This document shows positions 48,309 to 63,090 of a stretch of DNA of 64,000 nucleotides, piece after piece. The stretch is from the human T2T-CHM13v2.0 reference genome, Homo sapiens. Numbering within the stretch: the first letter of the stretch is position 1; each line of letters starts with the position of its first letter. The notes beneath the pieces are model-generated. The model made no database searches. It worked only from the letters and a program-made list of their open reading frames with translations, and was not told where the DNA came from. The position numbers were made by a program, and so were the translations under genes. Location: assembly GCF_009914755.1 (NCBI RefSeq), contig NC_060929.1; one strand, given 5' to 3'.

Positions 48309-49359
48309 CTACAAGGCTTTTTTCAGTGTGAACTGGCTATGATCACGTATGATTCTGCAGGTCTGGATGATGCTGCTATATGATTTCAATGCTCTGCAAA
48401 ACACAAATGGATACAGTTATGTATATGTAGAACATTGTATTCATCAGAACTCTCCTTAGGAAGGCAAATGTATTTGTTGGGGGGAAGTGAGTCCCCATGG
48501 GGACCTGAATATGCAAGGATGGCACGCTCTCATAGAAGAAAAGGAGCAACTTCCAGAGAAAGGAGAAGGCAGAGGAAGGCCAGGGAGGTCCAGATAGACC
48601 GGCAAGGTAGGAGAAGACAATGGTTTGTGGTGCAGTAGCTTCCTGTGCCCTCACCAATCATCAGTAATGGTCCTAAACTCATGATGTGCTTGGGGGCAGA
48701 TTTTCCTGTGGAAAGTGGTAAACGGGCTGAGCTTCCTGCACAGACTGACATGAGCCAGTCCCAAGGCAGCTCTTGGAAACACAAGGACCAAGAGAAAGAG
48801 GGACGAGTGAAAACACTTGCCCAGGACCTGGCACGGGGTGGTACAAGCACTGAACCACCATTGAGGGCAGAGAACCGGGATTTGAATCTCATTGAATCCA
48901 ATCTCCAGGGCACAGGACAGCCATAGGTGACAAATACATCATGTTTTCTCTGCCGATGACTGCTACCCACTGCCCTCAACCTGCATGAAATGAATCTTGA
49001 GGGACAGTCAGGGCTGGTCTCATTTCCCTCCTGTCCTTTCTAACTAGAATCCGCTCACTAGCACAGGTGCTGCAGCAGCATCTCCACAACCCCTCACCCC
49101 CCACCCTCACCCCACCTACCTCCTGTTTGGGGGCGCCCCCACCTTGGCAGGGCAAGTGCCCCTGAGCCGGCCGTGGGTGCTCTGTCATCGGAGGGTGAAA
49201 CATAGCACTCTCCCCCCAGCACACGGGCTTTGCACCCTGGAAACCATTTCCCCCTCCCTTGATTGGAAACAAAGTCGAATTCATAATTTTACAATTTTTC
49301 AAAACTGCCTAACTCCAAGGGGGGAAAAGGGAGCTTTCAGTAACCCCTATTCGGTAGCC

Positions 49360-49960
49360 AAGAATTAGCAAGGAAAACACTGCTTCCCACTCTCTAATTG
49401 ATGCCTCTGCCAAGGGCCCCAGGTATGTCGGATCCTGAACACGCGTCTTTGGGGAATTAGTCTCAAGAAACATATCCTCCCAGGCCACGTGTGCTTCCTG
49501 TCGCCCGCAGGGCTCCTGCGGTCCCGCTCGATTCTAATTTTCTTAATACAAAACCATTTCTTTTTTTTTTTTTTTGAAATGAAAAATGACTTGTTAAACC
49601 CCTCCCGGGTCTCTTTTTTTTTCCTCCCAGAGAAACACATTAAATAAACAAAAGTGAGACGTAAAATGAAAACAGGGGCCCCCGTAGCACCTGCAGGGTT
49701 TTACCAGCTCACATTACAAAGCCCCGTCTGAAGTGTCCCGAGCACTGTTTCCATTACAAATAGCCAGTTCTCTTGAAAGTAAGGCAAAAGCCAAATTAGT
49801 CAGATTACATCAGGATATATTTTCCTGTAGCATAAGTTCTTTGGAAACACCTGCCTGACATATTTCAGACGTGTGCCGAGGCAAGCCCGGCCCTCAGTGG
49901 TTTCAGGGCTCGTCAAAGTCTCAACAAAAATGGGTGTTTGGGTTTTACTGAGTAAGACTC
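49360..49960. promoter_or_regulatory. Candidate conserved enhancer block
   Basis: Repeat-free, CpG-retaining, repeated TAATT/AATTAG, CACGTG 49486, ATAAACA 49644, CATTACAAA x2. Confidence 0.45.
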
Positions 49961-50857
49961 GGTGAGATGCCTGTGTGGAATGTGAGTTGCCACGGATTGA
50001 CTTTCTGGAACCTTTTAGCTGGCAAGGTTTAACTAGCTCTTGTCCCTGGTGCCACGAGGGTCCAGGAACTCAGGCAACCTGTATCTGAACCTTCCTGGAA
50101 CAGCAGGGGAGAGAGACGTTGTGGTTACGTGGTCAGAGGGCTTGAAGGGCATGGATGGAAATGCTAAAATAGGGAAGAGGGCAGAGTTGACGGGCACAGG
50201 GTGGGGAGAGCAGGACACCAGCACACTAAATGGAGCAGACACCTGTAGGCAGGAGACGCTGGGTTAGAGCTGGGGGAGACACCCTATCCCCTTGCTTCTT
50301 TTCCTATAACCCAATTAACACTCCGCCCTTGACAACCTTCTCCCATTTAGACTTTATTATTTATTTGCTTACCACTCAGTAACCATGGATAATTTACTTT
50401 TTCAAATGATCTGTGTTGCTGGGAAACTGCCTGGTCAAGTGGGTTAAGTAAATCATGGTAATCCATAATACGGAATACTATGTAGCTATTCCAGTGAATG
50501 AGGAAGAGCAACAGGGATCCTCCTGGAAAGACCTCTAAAGTAGTGAGCGGAAAAATAATCAAGTTGCGAAGTAATACAGATAGGATGATCCCCTTTATAA
50601 AAAACGGGGGTGGGAAGCAAAAGAGTACACATATATACATACGAGTGTCACAAAATGCATAGGAAGTGGACCGGGAGAAGCGATGGCCAACTTTCAGTAG
50701 TGACCACCTCTGCAGAGGGATGCGGGGAAAGAGAGAGGAGGAGGGCCTTCTATATTCTCCTTTGAATATGCTCGAAACATTTACAATACAAATGGAGTCA
50801 TGCATTATTTGTGTAAAGAAAAATACCCATAAAGAATATTTAAAAGTGTGTGTTAAT

Positions 50858-51300
50858 AGCATAGACATGGAATCAAACTAGGTGCCCATCAATGGTGGAT
50901 TGGATAAAGAAAATGTGAGACATATACACCATAGAATACTACACAGCCATGAAAAAGAAGGAAATCATGTCCTTTGCAGAACGTGGATGGAGCTGGAGGC
51001 CATTATTTTAAGTGAATTAACACAGGAACAGAAAACCAAATACCACACGTTCTCACTTATAAGTGGAAGCTAAACATCAGGTACTCATAAAGATGCAATA
51101 ATAGACACGAGTCTACCAGAGAGGGGAGGGAAGAAGAAGGACAAGAGTTAAAAAACTATTGGGTACCATGCTCAGCCCCTAGGTGACAGGATCAGTTGTG
51201 TCCCAAACCTCAGCATCACAAGATATACCCATGTAAAAAAAACTACACATGTGCCCCCGAATTGAAAACAAAAGTTGAAACTATTTTTAGAAATAAAAAA
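50858..51300 (+). mobile_element. L1PA16/L1PB-like 3' end
   Basis: catcaatggtggattggataaagaaaatg...ggagctggaggccattatt...ctcagcatcacaagatatacc. Confidence 0.85.
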
Positions 51301-51607
51301 TAATATTTTTTAAGTGTGTATGTTGGGAGATGGTACATTCCTGTTGAGTTTCTAAATTCTGAAAACTGAAGAATCCTCAACCCCAATTATGTGATGGGGA
51401 TAGATGGCTCTAGGGCCTCACTGGGCTCTGAGTCACTGGATTTTCATGCACCCTGATTCATCCAGTGCTGGCCAGCAATGTCCATTGGCAAGAGCACAGG
51501 CCATGAGAGTGTTCTCCTGCCATGATGCTGGTGTTGCTAATGGAGCAGTGGCAAGTACAAGCTCTGGGGTCAACCAGCCAGCCTGGACTCAAATCCTGGC
51601 TGGGTCA

Positions 51608-52000
<393 letters not shown>

Positions 52001-53325
52001 TTAAGTAAAAGCACTTAGCACTGTGCCTGGCATGTGATGAACACTCTAAAATGTGACTTATCATCAACATACGATGCATAATAAGGGTTTTCTGCATTTA
52101 TGTCTTCTAAAAAAGTACGTGGCAGGGTCCATTTCAATGGATTTTGCAAATGAACATTTGCCCCTAAAATAAAGATGTGGATTTTGCCCACTGGCAGAAT
52201 AGGGCCACACTAACAGCGCATGTGGGAATGGGGCAGGACTGGGTTCCTCTGCACCGTCAGAAAACTCTTTATTGTGAAGGGAAAGATCCAAGATACACAG
52301 ACACAGAGAAGCCTCCAGTCGGCCTCAGGTGAGGTGTTCCAATGGGTCACCCAGAGGCCAAAAGCAGACAGCAAAGCTGGAGGAAGGTGCTGAACCAGGA
52401 CCCCAAAGCCTAGGAAAGGGGGGCCTCTGTGATCAGGGAGCTGGGGACCTCGAGGTTTGCAGGGAGGAGAGTGGGGGCAGGTAGGGAGGTGTTCCACCCC
52501 AGCTGCAGCACCTTGCCAGAGAGTGTCAGCTGTTTTAAAAGGCCATGGTTGAACTAAACAACCAGAGTCTGCTGAAAGCCAGGAAACTCTTGACCTGAAG
52601 AGCAACCGTAGACGATGGTCAAATGCAATACGTGCCAGGTCTAGCCTGCCTTCCCTCCCAACCAGCAGCGATTGTAACTGTGCAAACTCTGAAACCAGTC
52701 CCTGGACTCCTTTGTCTCATACATCACAGCCCAGATCGTCAGCACAATTCCCCTTGGTCGGGTTTTTATGACTGGTGATGATGTAAGGAGGCAGAGAAAA
52801 CACAGCTGGTCCTGCGTGCCGCTTACATGGAGGGCTTTGGAAGAATGTGCGCCTGTCCCCAAACACCAGCTCTTACAGCTGCTCAGCTCCCCACCGAAGG
52901 CTGAGGGTCCCTACCACCTCTCACAGAAGGAAACACGTGGCACAGACCAATGAGACATTACTTTAATAATCAGATGTGGGCATTTTTAAAGCACGGAGAT
53001 GTTTGGGGTCCTCCTTCCCCACCCCCATCATCTAGTGAATTTCCATTCTTACCAACTTTACCTATTAAATGCCTGTCTCAAATGCATCCCCTTCTCCTCA
53101 TCCCCAGCCCCCTTGCCTGGATCGGATGTCATTATCTCTCATGAGGATTCTATAACCGCCTTCTGACTGTTCTGCATTCATTCCTGGGTCCTTCCTTCTA
53201 ACCTCCATCCAGTAGCCAGAGGGAATTTTTCAAACACAAATCATATCCATCTCCCTCTCATTTAAAACCCTTCAGTGGCTCCCTACTGCTTCCAGGATAA
53301 AGTCTCAACTCTTTTTGCATGGTCT

Positions 53326-54279
<954 letters not shown>

Positions 54280-55712
54280 TGTTTATCACTGTCGCTACCC
54301 GATACCTCTTTTTCCCACCTGGGAGCAGAGTGACCCACAGAGCCAGTCCTAACGCCCCATCCTGCCCACTGCAGCGATTCATCGGAGATGGGCACTTGCC
54401 CCTAACACAGTCAATCAGAAACCTCTTCCTCGATTTTTCTACTGGAACTAGGAGGGAGGATTCTTGAATCTGGAGGATGAACTGGAGAAGATGCCCCTCT
54501 GGGCTGCTGATGACCATGTTCCATGCCGTGCTGGCCACCTCTAGTAGGAAAGGTTGTAACTGAGGATGGGGGAGAGCGAGAGAAGGGACGAGGGACTGTC
54601 AGGCCTGGGCTTTCTGTATTTCTGCCCTCAATTCTCTGAGCTATGCCAGGATCTTCCCACAAATCCCCCTTTTCACTCAACTTAGTTTAGTTGCCTCTCT
54701 TAACTAAAAGAGTCCATACGAACACTGCGTATGAGACCGCTCATGAGCCGGTCCCCACCCATCTTACCTTCATTAGGTTCCCACTTCATGAGTGTCGCCC
54801 GGGGACACTGACAGTTCCTGGAGGCACTCCTCCCCTCCACAGTGGCTCAAGCTCTCCCCTCTGCCTGGAACTTTTTTCCTTCACTCTTCAGCTTAACCCA
54901 TACCTGGCCCTTCTCTGACTCCCATGCCGGGCTATATGCCTCTCTCTTCAGAGCTGCCATTGCACCCGGACCAGGATCCTCTCTTATCTCAATTCATGAC
55001 ATCGAATGTATCCGTCTATAGACCCTGACTGCCTTGAGGGTGGAGCCAGCCTGAATATCACGTAGCAAGAGCCTGGTGGCGGAGTGGTCAATGGTTGGAT
55101 TTGGGGATCTAAGTCTAAAGATGGTGGAAGTCTCCCATTCTTTGCTGAAGCGCAGAAAACCTGCGGGATTAGGCCTTTATTAAAATATTTCCCATCTGAA
55201 TGATGCCTTGCAGTTCAGCAAGCCCTTTTACACGCATGATTTCTTTCTAGGCTCACGAGAGCCCCATGAGGCAATGATATCATTCTGTCCCTTTGAGGAA
55301 ACTGAGTCTCACCAAAGTAAAGTGCTACCATCTCAGTCACATAACTAGGTGGTGACGGAGCAGGACACAAAATGCAGGCTTCCTGGCTTTGGGGTCAGAA
55401 AGTTCTAGATGGTAATGAAAAGCTGGGCCCTTCTTAGATTAACTGTTCCTGAAACTCCAGAAGCCTGTCAACCTCATCTGACACAGAGGAAGAATTTGGG
55501 TGGTAAATGCCATATATGAGAGAGGAGAGTGGCCTGTCCTATGTTATGAGGAACTCACACTATCTTGAAGGAGGGATCATCTCATTTTTTACTGGCTCCA
55601 GTCAATGGGTGCTTGATCAAAAACTAGATGGTAAATAATGTACCTAGCGTTTATGAAATGTCCTTCACATGTCTTAAATACTCTGAAGGCTCTGTCTCAT
55701 TTAATACTCACC

Positions 55713-55812
55713 AGGTGACCAGCTCATTTCCCAGGAATGTCCCAGTTTTAAAACCAAAAGTCACATCTCAGGAACTCCTTCAGTCCTGGGCAAACCAAGA
55801 CGATTGGTCACC
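55713..55812. mobile_element. MER94-like hAT-Blackjack MITE
   Basis: Terminal inverted GGTGACCA...TGGTCACC; tgtcccagttttaaaacc. Confidence 0.7.
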
Positions 55813-58799
55813 AAACCTGGCAACAATGGCATGAGGCAGGTAGTATTGGAATTGTTCCCATTTTACAGGTGAAGCAACTGAGGATCAGAAGGGAAAGTGA
55901 CTTCCAGAGGTCGCACAAGTAATTAGTGGCCAAGATACAAACCAATGTCCCTATGATTCTAGAGCTCTTAACGCACCTCAGCAAAGCCTCCAATTAATCA
56001 GTCATCCAGAATATATAAGCAAATTGAGGCCTCTTGCATGAAGAATGTTGGACCACAAACACAACGCAGCCGTGTCAAAGGTAGCCAGTGCATCCAACCA
56101 CCATGTTCATTGGATCTATATTTCTCAACAGATCTTAACTACAGCTGTGTCTACACAGGGCTTCAGATCAGCTAGCGGAACAACAAGCTTGACAGATGTT
56201 TTTCCCCCACCGAATTGGCCAATGATTTGACTGTACTCAATGCCAAAACAACAGGCCAATTAATCCAATTCCACTGGCCAATACAGTGGAAAGAGAAAAT
56301 AAACGAAGGCCAGTTGTCTGAGAGAGATGACCCAGTTGAGGACTGTGTCTGGCTGGTTATTTCACTACACTGGGCAGTAAACTTGATTGCATCAGGTCTC
56401 CTTGAGGCCTTTAGTAGACCAGCCTGAACTAGTAGAATTAACCAGTTCTGCTGGCAAGGTCTATATGTAGCCTCTATCTCCTCGACTTCAAAAGACTAGA
56501 TCAAATTAATGATGAGAGTTGCACATTTTCCATGTTATGTAATCATTGTCCATGTTAAATGCTTGCTGGGAATCATGACTTTCAAAGGCCCTCTGAGCTG
56601 CATGTAAGAGTTATGTAAGAGGCACTTGCTCATGCGTTATGAGCAGACTGGGGCAAAAATGACATTTAAGATATTGCACAAGTTTTAAAATGAGCGGCTC
56701 TACGAATAAACAGAGATTTTTAAAAGAAAGGGGAAAAAAGAATTTATAAACCCAATAAAGATGTGACAGGGCCCAAGCAAGATGAAAAGAAGTTTAAAGC
56801 TGTGGTGAGCCACCTTCCGATGCCTTCCGAACACTCAAATCCAGGCTAATTCCTCTTGCAGAAGGAGGACGGGGTGTGTGCTCAGACATGACAACAGCCA
56901 CTTACTGTCCTACTGCCCCACCCATCACCACCACTGAGTTGTTTGGATTCAATGTAGAAAGCAAGAGAATTCCACATCAAGGACTAACCCAGTTTCCATT
57001 CCTTCTCTGGCCTTTTAGGCAGACTCAGCCCAGATACCTAGCCCAGCTCACCCAGGAGGAGCTGAGAACCCCAAGGTGGGAAACAGACCCCTGCTCTGCT
57101 TTTCCACACATCCAGATCACACCAGCTAACCCATCAGAGCAGCCAAGAGTGGGAAACATTTATTATGTACTTACTGTATATCAGCCCTGTTTAAGCATCT
57201 TATCTACATTATCTCACTTAATTCTGAAAAAAAAAACCTCTGTGTTAGATGCTCTTATTAAGCCCAATTTAAAGTAGAGGCACGGAGAAGTAAATGACTC
57301 ACCCAACCCTGGTCTTAACACTGGTGGAGTTGGGATTTGGAACCAGAATTCTGATTCTAGAACTGAGACTCCCCATGTTTCATTCCAAGTACCCATCCTC
57401 ACCCTCCTAGACTCTCTAGTCATTGGTGCCATAATCTGCCTCCCATTAACTGTCTCAGGTTCTCCTTATTTAAGTATCCCGAGGTGGAACCCTCAACTAT
57501 GATTGAGCTGAGGCTGAGTGTGCAAGGGTGGTCACCACGGGTGGATTTGTGGGGAGTTTTGGTTAGAGGAGAGAGGAGATATTTGCAAACAGCAAAAAAC
57601 TAAGTCTCCTGATTTGCATCTGAGTCTTTTCAAGAGAGGAGCTAAAGACAGAAGTTAAAGAGAGCTGCATAGGGTCAAAAGGCTTCAACTAGCAAATAAA
57701 AGAAAACCCAATTCAAACTGGCTTGGACAGTCTAGTTATCTGTTCATATATGATTAAATTTTGTGGGGGGTGGGGAACTCAAAATGTCCTTGATCTAGTG
57801 TCTCAACAACGTCAAGAAGGACTTGGGGCCTTTCTGCCCTTCCATCCACTGTCCACAGTGTCACCTTCATCCTGAGACTGCTTATCTGTGTCTGTGAGAT
57901 GCTTTCAGCAGCAGGTATGGCTACTGTCTGTCCTCAATGTGTTTGGTGTGAGAGAAGGAGAGCCTGGCTGCCTGGGGCCCTCTCAAGACAGCGAGAAAGC
58001 TGCTTTTCCCAGAAGGCCCCGTCATGCTCTGCTTGGAACTCATCCTGGCCCCTATACAGATGGGGCCCAGGAACACTGACTGAATTGCCCCTTGAAGGGC
58101 TGTAACCCTGGGAGCGACGAGGGTGCAGCATCCTCATCCAAACATCTCCATCGGCATTGACATTGGCATTGCACTGCCCTCAGGTAGTTTTTTGGGCAGC
58201 AGACATTATTAAGGGAACTGGAGAGTCATCTAAAAGGCTGGGTTCACATGAGACACCCCTAGAGATTCCCAGAAATAACCAGGGAGACCTCAGAGAGCCC
58301 AATGTCCTACATTTCCTACATTGTGTGAATTGTAGTAAAAGTCTGTGAAAGTTGATGCATTTGCACCATAAAACTGGGATTCCTGGGAAAAATCAAATTA
58401 CGTTTGCTTTAATCACCCTTTTAGAGCCACCTGTATCTTTACCTGACCCTCAGCCCTCTCCCAGACATACCCATTACATGAGAGCAATGGGTAAGAGACC
58501 CCCTCAGCCTGCACCGCCTATTCCAGGTGATCACTGATCTCTGCTTCCCAGGCAGGGGAGAGGCTCAGACACCAATAATTCAATTTATTCAACACCTTCA
58601 CAGCCCAAGCAGTGTAAAAGGATGTTGGCTTCAGTAATCAAGTTTCTAGTCTGGCTCCAATCATTCCAATAACCCCATTTCTTCTCCCTTCAGCTTAATA
58701 GTCCTTTGTCTGACTCTACCCAGATTGTGTTTACTAGGGAAATGTGAAGGGCAGAAAGTGATCACCCACACAACCAGTGAACAGGCAAAGAGAAATTTA

Positions 58800-59669
58800 A
58801 CATCAGACACTGGTAGACCTGAGGCCACTTGTGAGACCAAGGAACAACTCATTCCTCACACTGGCCAATGGCTCACATCCTAGGCATGGCCCTTGACAAA
58901 GACTCTCTCTTTGACCAAACTTTATTTAGGCTCCTCTGAGCCCTCTTCTTGACCAGGCTTCAACTTTGGGCTTCTGGGTCCATCTCTGCACGTTTTTTGA
59001 GTCCAGTCTTAGCCAGAATCTTGCTAAGTCAGTTTAGAATGAATCCCCTCATCCCTTAATATCTGACCACCCATGATACCTGGTCAAGTTCCTTATCTCC
59101 ACCTTTGATGTGAAGGTTCTTGGCCTGCCTTTAGCAAGAATCCTGTTAGGCAAGTTTGGTGAGAATCCTCCTACACTTGATCTCTCCTCTTCAGCATTTT
59201 TCATCCCTGATCCCTCACCCTGCTCCTTGCCTATAAATCCCCTCTCATCCTTGCTATATTCAGAGTTGAGTCAGATCTCTCTCCCCTATTGCAATAGTCT
59301 TGAATAGCCTTTCTCACCATTTTCACAAGTGTCAGAATAATATTCTTCTTTATCACCCTCAGCTAAAGGAAACTGCCTCATCGGCAGCTATTCCCCTCCC
59401 CACAGAAGCCCATATCACTTGACTGTTAGTGCTAGGACACCAAGGCCCAGCCTCCTTGCCTCAAATCAGGACATCTTTGAAAGGCATCTCAGCTTCAGAG
59501 TTCCCAGGGGGATCAGCTGAATCCCCTGCTGCAACTGCATCATGGTTCAACCTTCCATTGGCTCAGTCTTGCTTCTCTCTACACAGGCTCTGTTCCTGAG
59601 AACCCCAGTAAGCCAGCTGCTTGCAAATCTGTCTCAGGGTCTCTTTCCTGGGGAATCCAGCCTAAGATA
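58800..59669 (+). mobile_element. LTR16-like ERVL 5' LTR (interrupted by MER31)
   Basis: caaggcccagcctccttgcctcaaatcaggacatctttgaaagg...tctcagggtctctttcctggggaatccagcctaagata. Confidence 0.65.
58894..59355 (+). mobile_element. MER31-like ERV1 solo LTR
   Basis: TGACAAAGACTCTCTCTTTGACCAAACTTT start, TATAAA at ~59232, ends TCA; 4-bp TSD CCCT (58890-58893 / 59356-59359). Confidence 0.8.
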
Positions 59670-62600
59670 GATGGGATGGAAGTAGACTCTAAAATGGGAT
59701 TTTAGAGTTGGATTACCTGCTGTCCAGCTGGAAGGACCCTCCTCACCATGGCGAATGGAGGAAAGTTAGCCCCTGGCGTGAAGGTTGCAGTGTCATGGTT
59801 ACAACCTTTACCAGTCATGTGAGAGGGGATGGCCGGGCAAGGGAGGCACTAGTGGGTCCACTGCCTTAGGCTTCTGAGAGGTTTTGGGAAGTAGCAACTA
59901 TCAGCACAATGGAACAGGATAGTGGTTGCTGCACACCATTGATGCCTGGAAGAAGGCAATGAAAGGCTGGGCATGATAAGTAATCACCAATGGAAAGCAT
60001 AGTGTGAAAACCAGAAGGTCTTTTTTGGCAGTACACAGAGACTCTCATTTTCTGCAGGAGAGCTCAGAAGAAGCTGTGGATTGGGCTCAGAACTTCATAG
60101 GGAGAGCAGAACTCCAGAAAAGGTGGAATTCTCTGTGCCAGCAAGGCTACTATGCCAAAGTCAGGGCCCCGATTGGGGAGGAGGATAACTTTGAGTCGAG
60201 ATGGAGACATCTGGGTTGATACAGTTGAAAATCATGAATCCCCAGAATCCCCTGAAACCACTGGCCTGCAGAAGTGGCCCATTGCTCCCTGCTAAAGGCT
60301 AGAATTCTTCCCTTACTTGAAAATGATGCAGAGGTGCCTTGCCAGAAAGCACACTGTCTGAGAATATGCCCCCTTGCCCCTTCTGGCCACTACACCAATA
60401 ACTAGGTTTAAGACAACATAACCCAATCAGGGAAGAGTTGCACCTGCTAAGGGTAGAAAGGCACTGTCCCCTGAAGGAGCTGTGAGACCTAGCCATGTGA
60501 ACCAGCAGGAAAAGAGATCATATGCTGGATAAAGAGGCAGAATATGGTCACTGAAATGAAGGTTTATCCATACAGGCACACTGTCTTACCATACAGGACT
60601 TACACCCTAGAGAGGACCCCAGGTGCCAACACTAAAAACGTCCCTTGGTGGCTTTTGGAATGGCTAGCACTGAGTCAAACAGAAATGTCAGCGCTGTTAT
60701 TATAGATGATTGAAAGAAGGAATCAGAGGACTCGGAGACGTGAGTGTGCTGGAGTAGATATGTTCTCCTACTGTGTCCTCCCACTCTGCTCTGCAAGTGA
60801 GTCCAGAGGATGCCCCATCTACTGATGCAATAAATAATGCACTGGGAGGGACAGCAACATAACTGAAGGTCAGGGTGGCTGTTCTCATGGCCAGTGCTCT
60901 TGGTAGGAGATGCTGTTACTGGAACAGGCTCCATGATAGCAACTGAATCACAGAATAACAGAGGCCAGGCAGCAGTGCTTAACCATCAGAGGCAAGGTCG
61001 GTGGTGGCATAGTGATGAGTGGTAGGATGGGGTGGAAGCAGGGAGCCCACCCCACGGAGCCCTACAGAAAGGGTGAAGAGAATGCAGTGCCCCTGGGGGC
61101 AAAGCAAAGGTATCTTCCCCAAAAGGGCATTTCTCACTGTATACAATTAAAGGAAATCAAGGATGATTGATTCAGGAGACTAAGAGAGGTTACCTCAATT
61201 AAATATCATGGTCCCTTGCTCAGATTTTAGACCTAGAAACTGCCAACTGCAGGAGTAGAGGGGTCCTCATGAGGAAAGGCCCTGGAACACCACAGTGAGT
61301 GTTTGCAGTCATGATGCCCTCAATCACTCCCCAAGGGCGTCTAGTGCCAGGTGAGATGTCAGGGAAAATACCCAGACATTTCAAGGACTGCTGGACACCA
61401 GATCTGAGTTGCCACATCAACATAGTCCCCAGTAAATCTGGCCCAGGTCTGGCTCACAGTGGATGCAACCAGTGGTCCTTTCGCTGGTTCTCAAATGCGT
61501 GAGTGTAATGAATGCTTGTTGTAGTTAGGAGAACCCCCACATTCGTTCCTTGGCAGATGGAGCCATTCTGGTGAAGGAAGCCAAAGTGGAAGCCTTCAAA
61601 ATTGCCCTCATCCCCCAGCCATGACGTTAAATCCAAAACAAAATCACAGCCCAAGGAGAATGACAGTAATTAGTGCCATCCTTAAAGACCTAAAGGAGCA
61701 GCAGTGGTAGTCCCCGTAATATCCTCATTTAACTCACCCATCTGCTCCCTACAAAAACCAGACGGATTCTGGAGGATGACAGTAGACTGCACGAGCTCAA
61801 CAATTACAGCAGCTGGTCCAGATGTGGCATCTTTGCAAGAGCAGACTAACACAGTTCAGGTGCATGGCATGCAACCCCAGCTGTGATCAATGGATTATTT
61901 TCTGTCCCTGTTAAGAAAGAGTACCAAGAGCAGTCTGCATTCCCATGGAGCAGTCCACAGTGTAAACTGACAGTCGTACTCTAGGGCTATATGAGTTGTC
62001 CCATTCTTTTTCATGATATAGTCCAAAGGGATCTAGACCCCATCTGCACATTCTGCAGAACATCACATGTAACAATAACAGCCATGGCAAATATCACCAT
62101 CTCGATGACGTTGTATTAGTCAAACTAAATGAGCAAGAAGTGCCAAGTAGGCAAGAGGCTCTCACAAGACACATGGGCTCTAGAGGTTGGAAAATGAGCC
62201 TTAAAAATTCAGCCAGGTGTGGTGGCTCATGCCTATAATCCCAGTTACTCCGGAGGCTGAGGCAAGAGGATCATTTGAGCCTAGGAGTTCAAAGCTGCAG
62301 TGAGCTATGATCGCACTACTGCACTCCAGCCTGGGCAACAGAGTGAGACTCTGCCTCTTAAAAAAATAAAAATCAACAACCCCCTATATTGGTGACATTT
62401 TTAGTCCTAAGCACGGAAGAGTGGGCCTTACTATGTAAGGGGCCATCCCCTCCAAAATAAAAGACAAATTAAAGCATCTCCCACCTCCCACCACTCAAAA
62501 GGAAGCACAAAGCCTGGTGTGCCTTTTTGGGGTCTGGAGGCAGCACATTCCACAGTTGGGGAAACTTCTCCGAAACAGTTTACTGAGCGACACAGAAGTC

Positions 62601-63090
62601 TCCAGGTGCGAATGGGACCCAGAGCAGGAAAGGGCTGGGCGGCAGGTCCGGGCTGTGAGCAAGCAGCCCTGCCACTTGGGCCATATGACTCCGCCGGGCC
62701 TCCGATATTAGAGTTTTCCATAAGAGAAAGAAGGCGCCATGAGGAGTTTACTGAAGGCCCCAGTAGAAGAATCACAGCATAGTTCCCTGGGCTTCCAGAA
62801 CAAGACCGTGCTATCTGTGGTGGAGAGCTATGTACCTTTCAACAAACAGCTCCTGGCTTACTATTTGTCTGCTCATTACGAAGCACTTGGCCATGAAATA
62901 TCAAGTGAACACGCAACCAGAACTGCCCGTCATGATCCATCAAGTCACGAAGTTGGACAGGCCCAGCTATAGCCTGTCGTAAGATGATGGGAGTGGCACA
63001 TTCCAGATTGAGCAACAGCAGGTCCAGAATGCACAATTCAGCTCCACGCACAGGTGGCCCAGCCACCATCCCGCTCAGCAATGTCATACC
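59670..63090 (+). mobile_element. Decayed ERVL-class internal region (ERV3-16A3-like) with gag/pol remnants
   Basis: RT-like VVPVISSFNSPICSLQKPDGFWRMTVD (61704-), later YVPFNKQLLAYY (RNase H region); many stops/frameshifts. Confidence 0.8.
62211..62368 (+). mobile_element. Alu monomer (FAM/FRAM-like) inside ERVL pol
   Basis: Single-arm Alu with A tail. Confidence 0.85.

Noticed and set aside
61704-62972. Functional reverse transcriptase gene
   Set aside because: Fragmented by stops, frameshifts and an Alu monomer; fossil ERVL pol only
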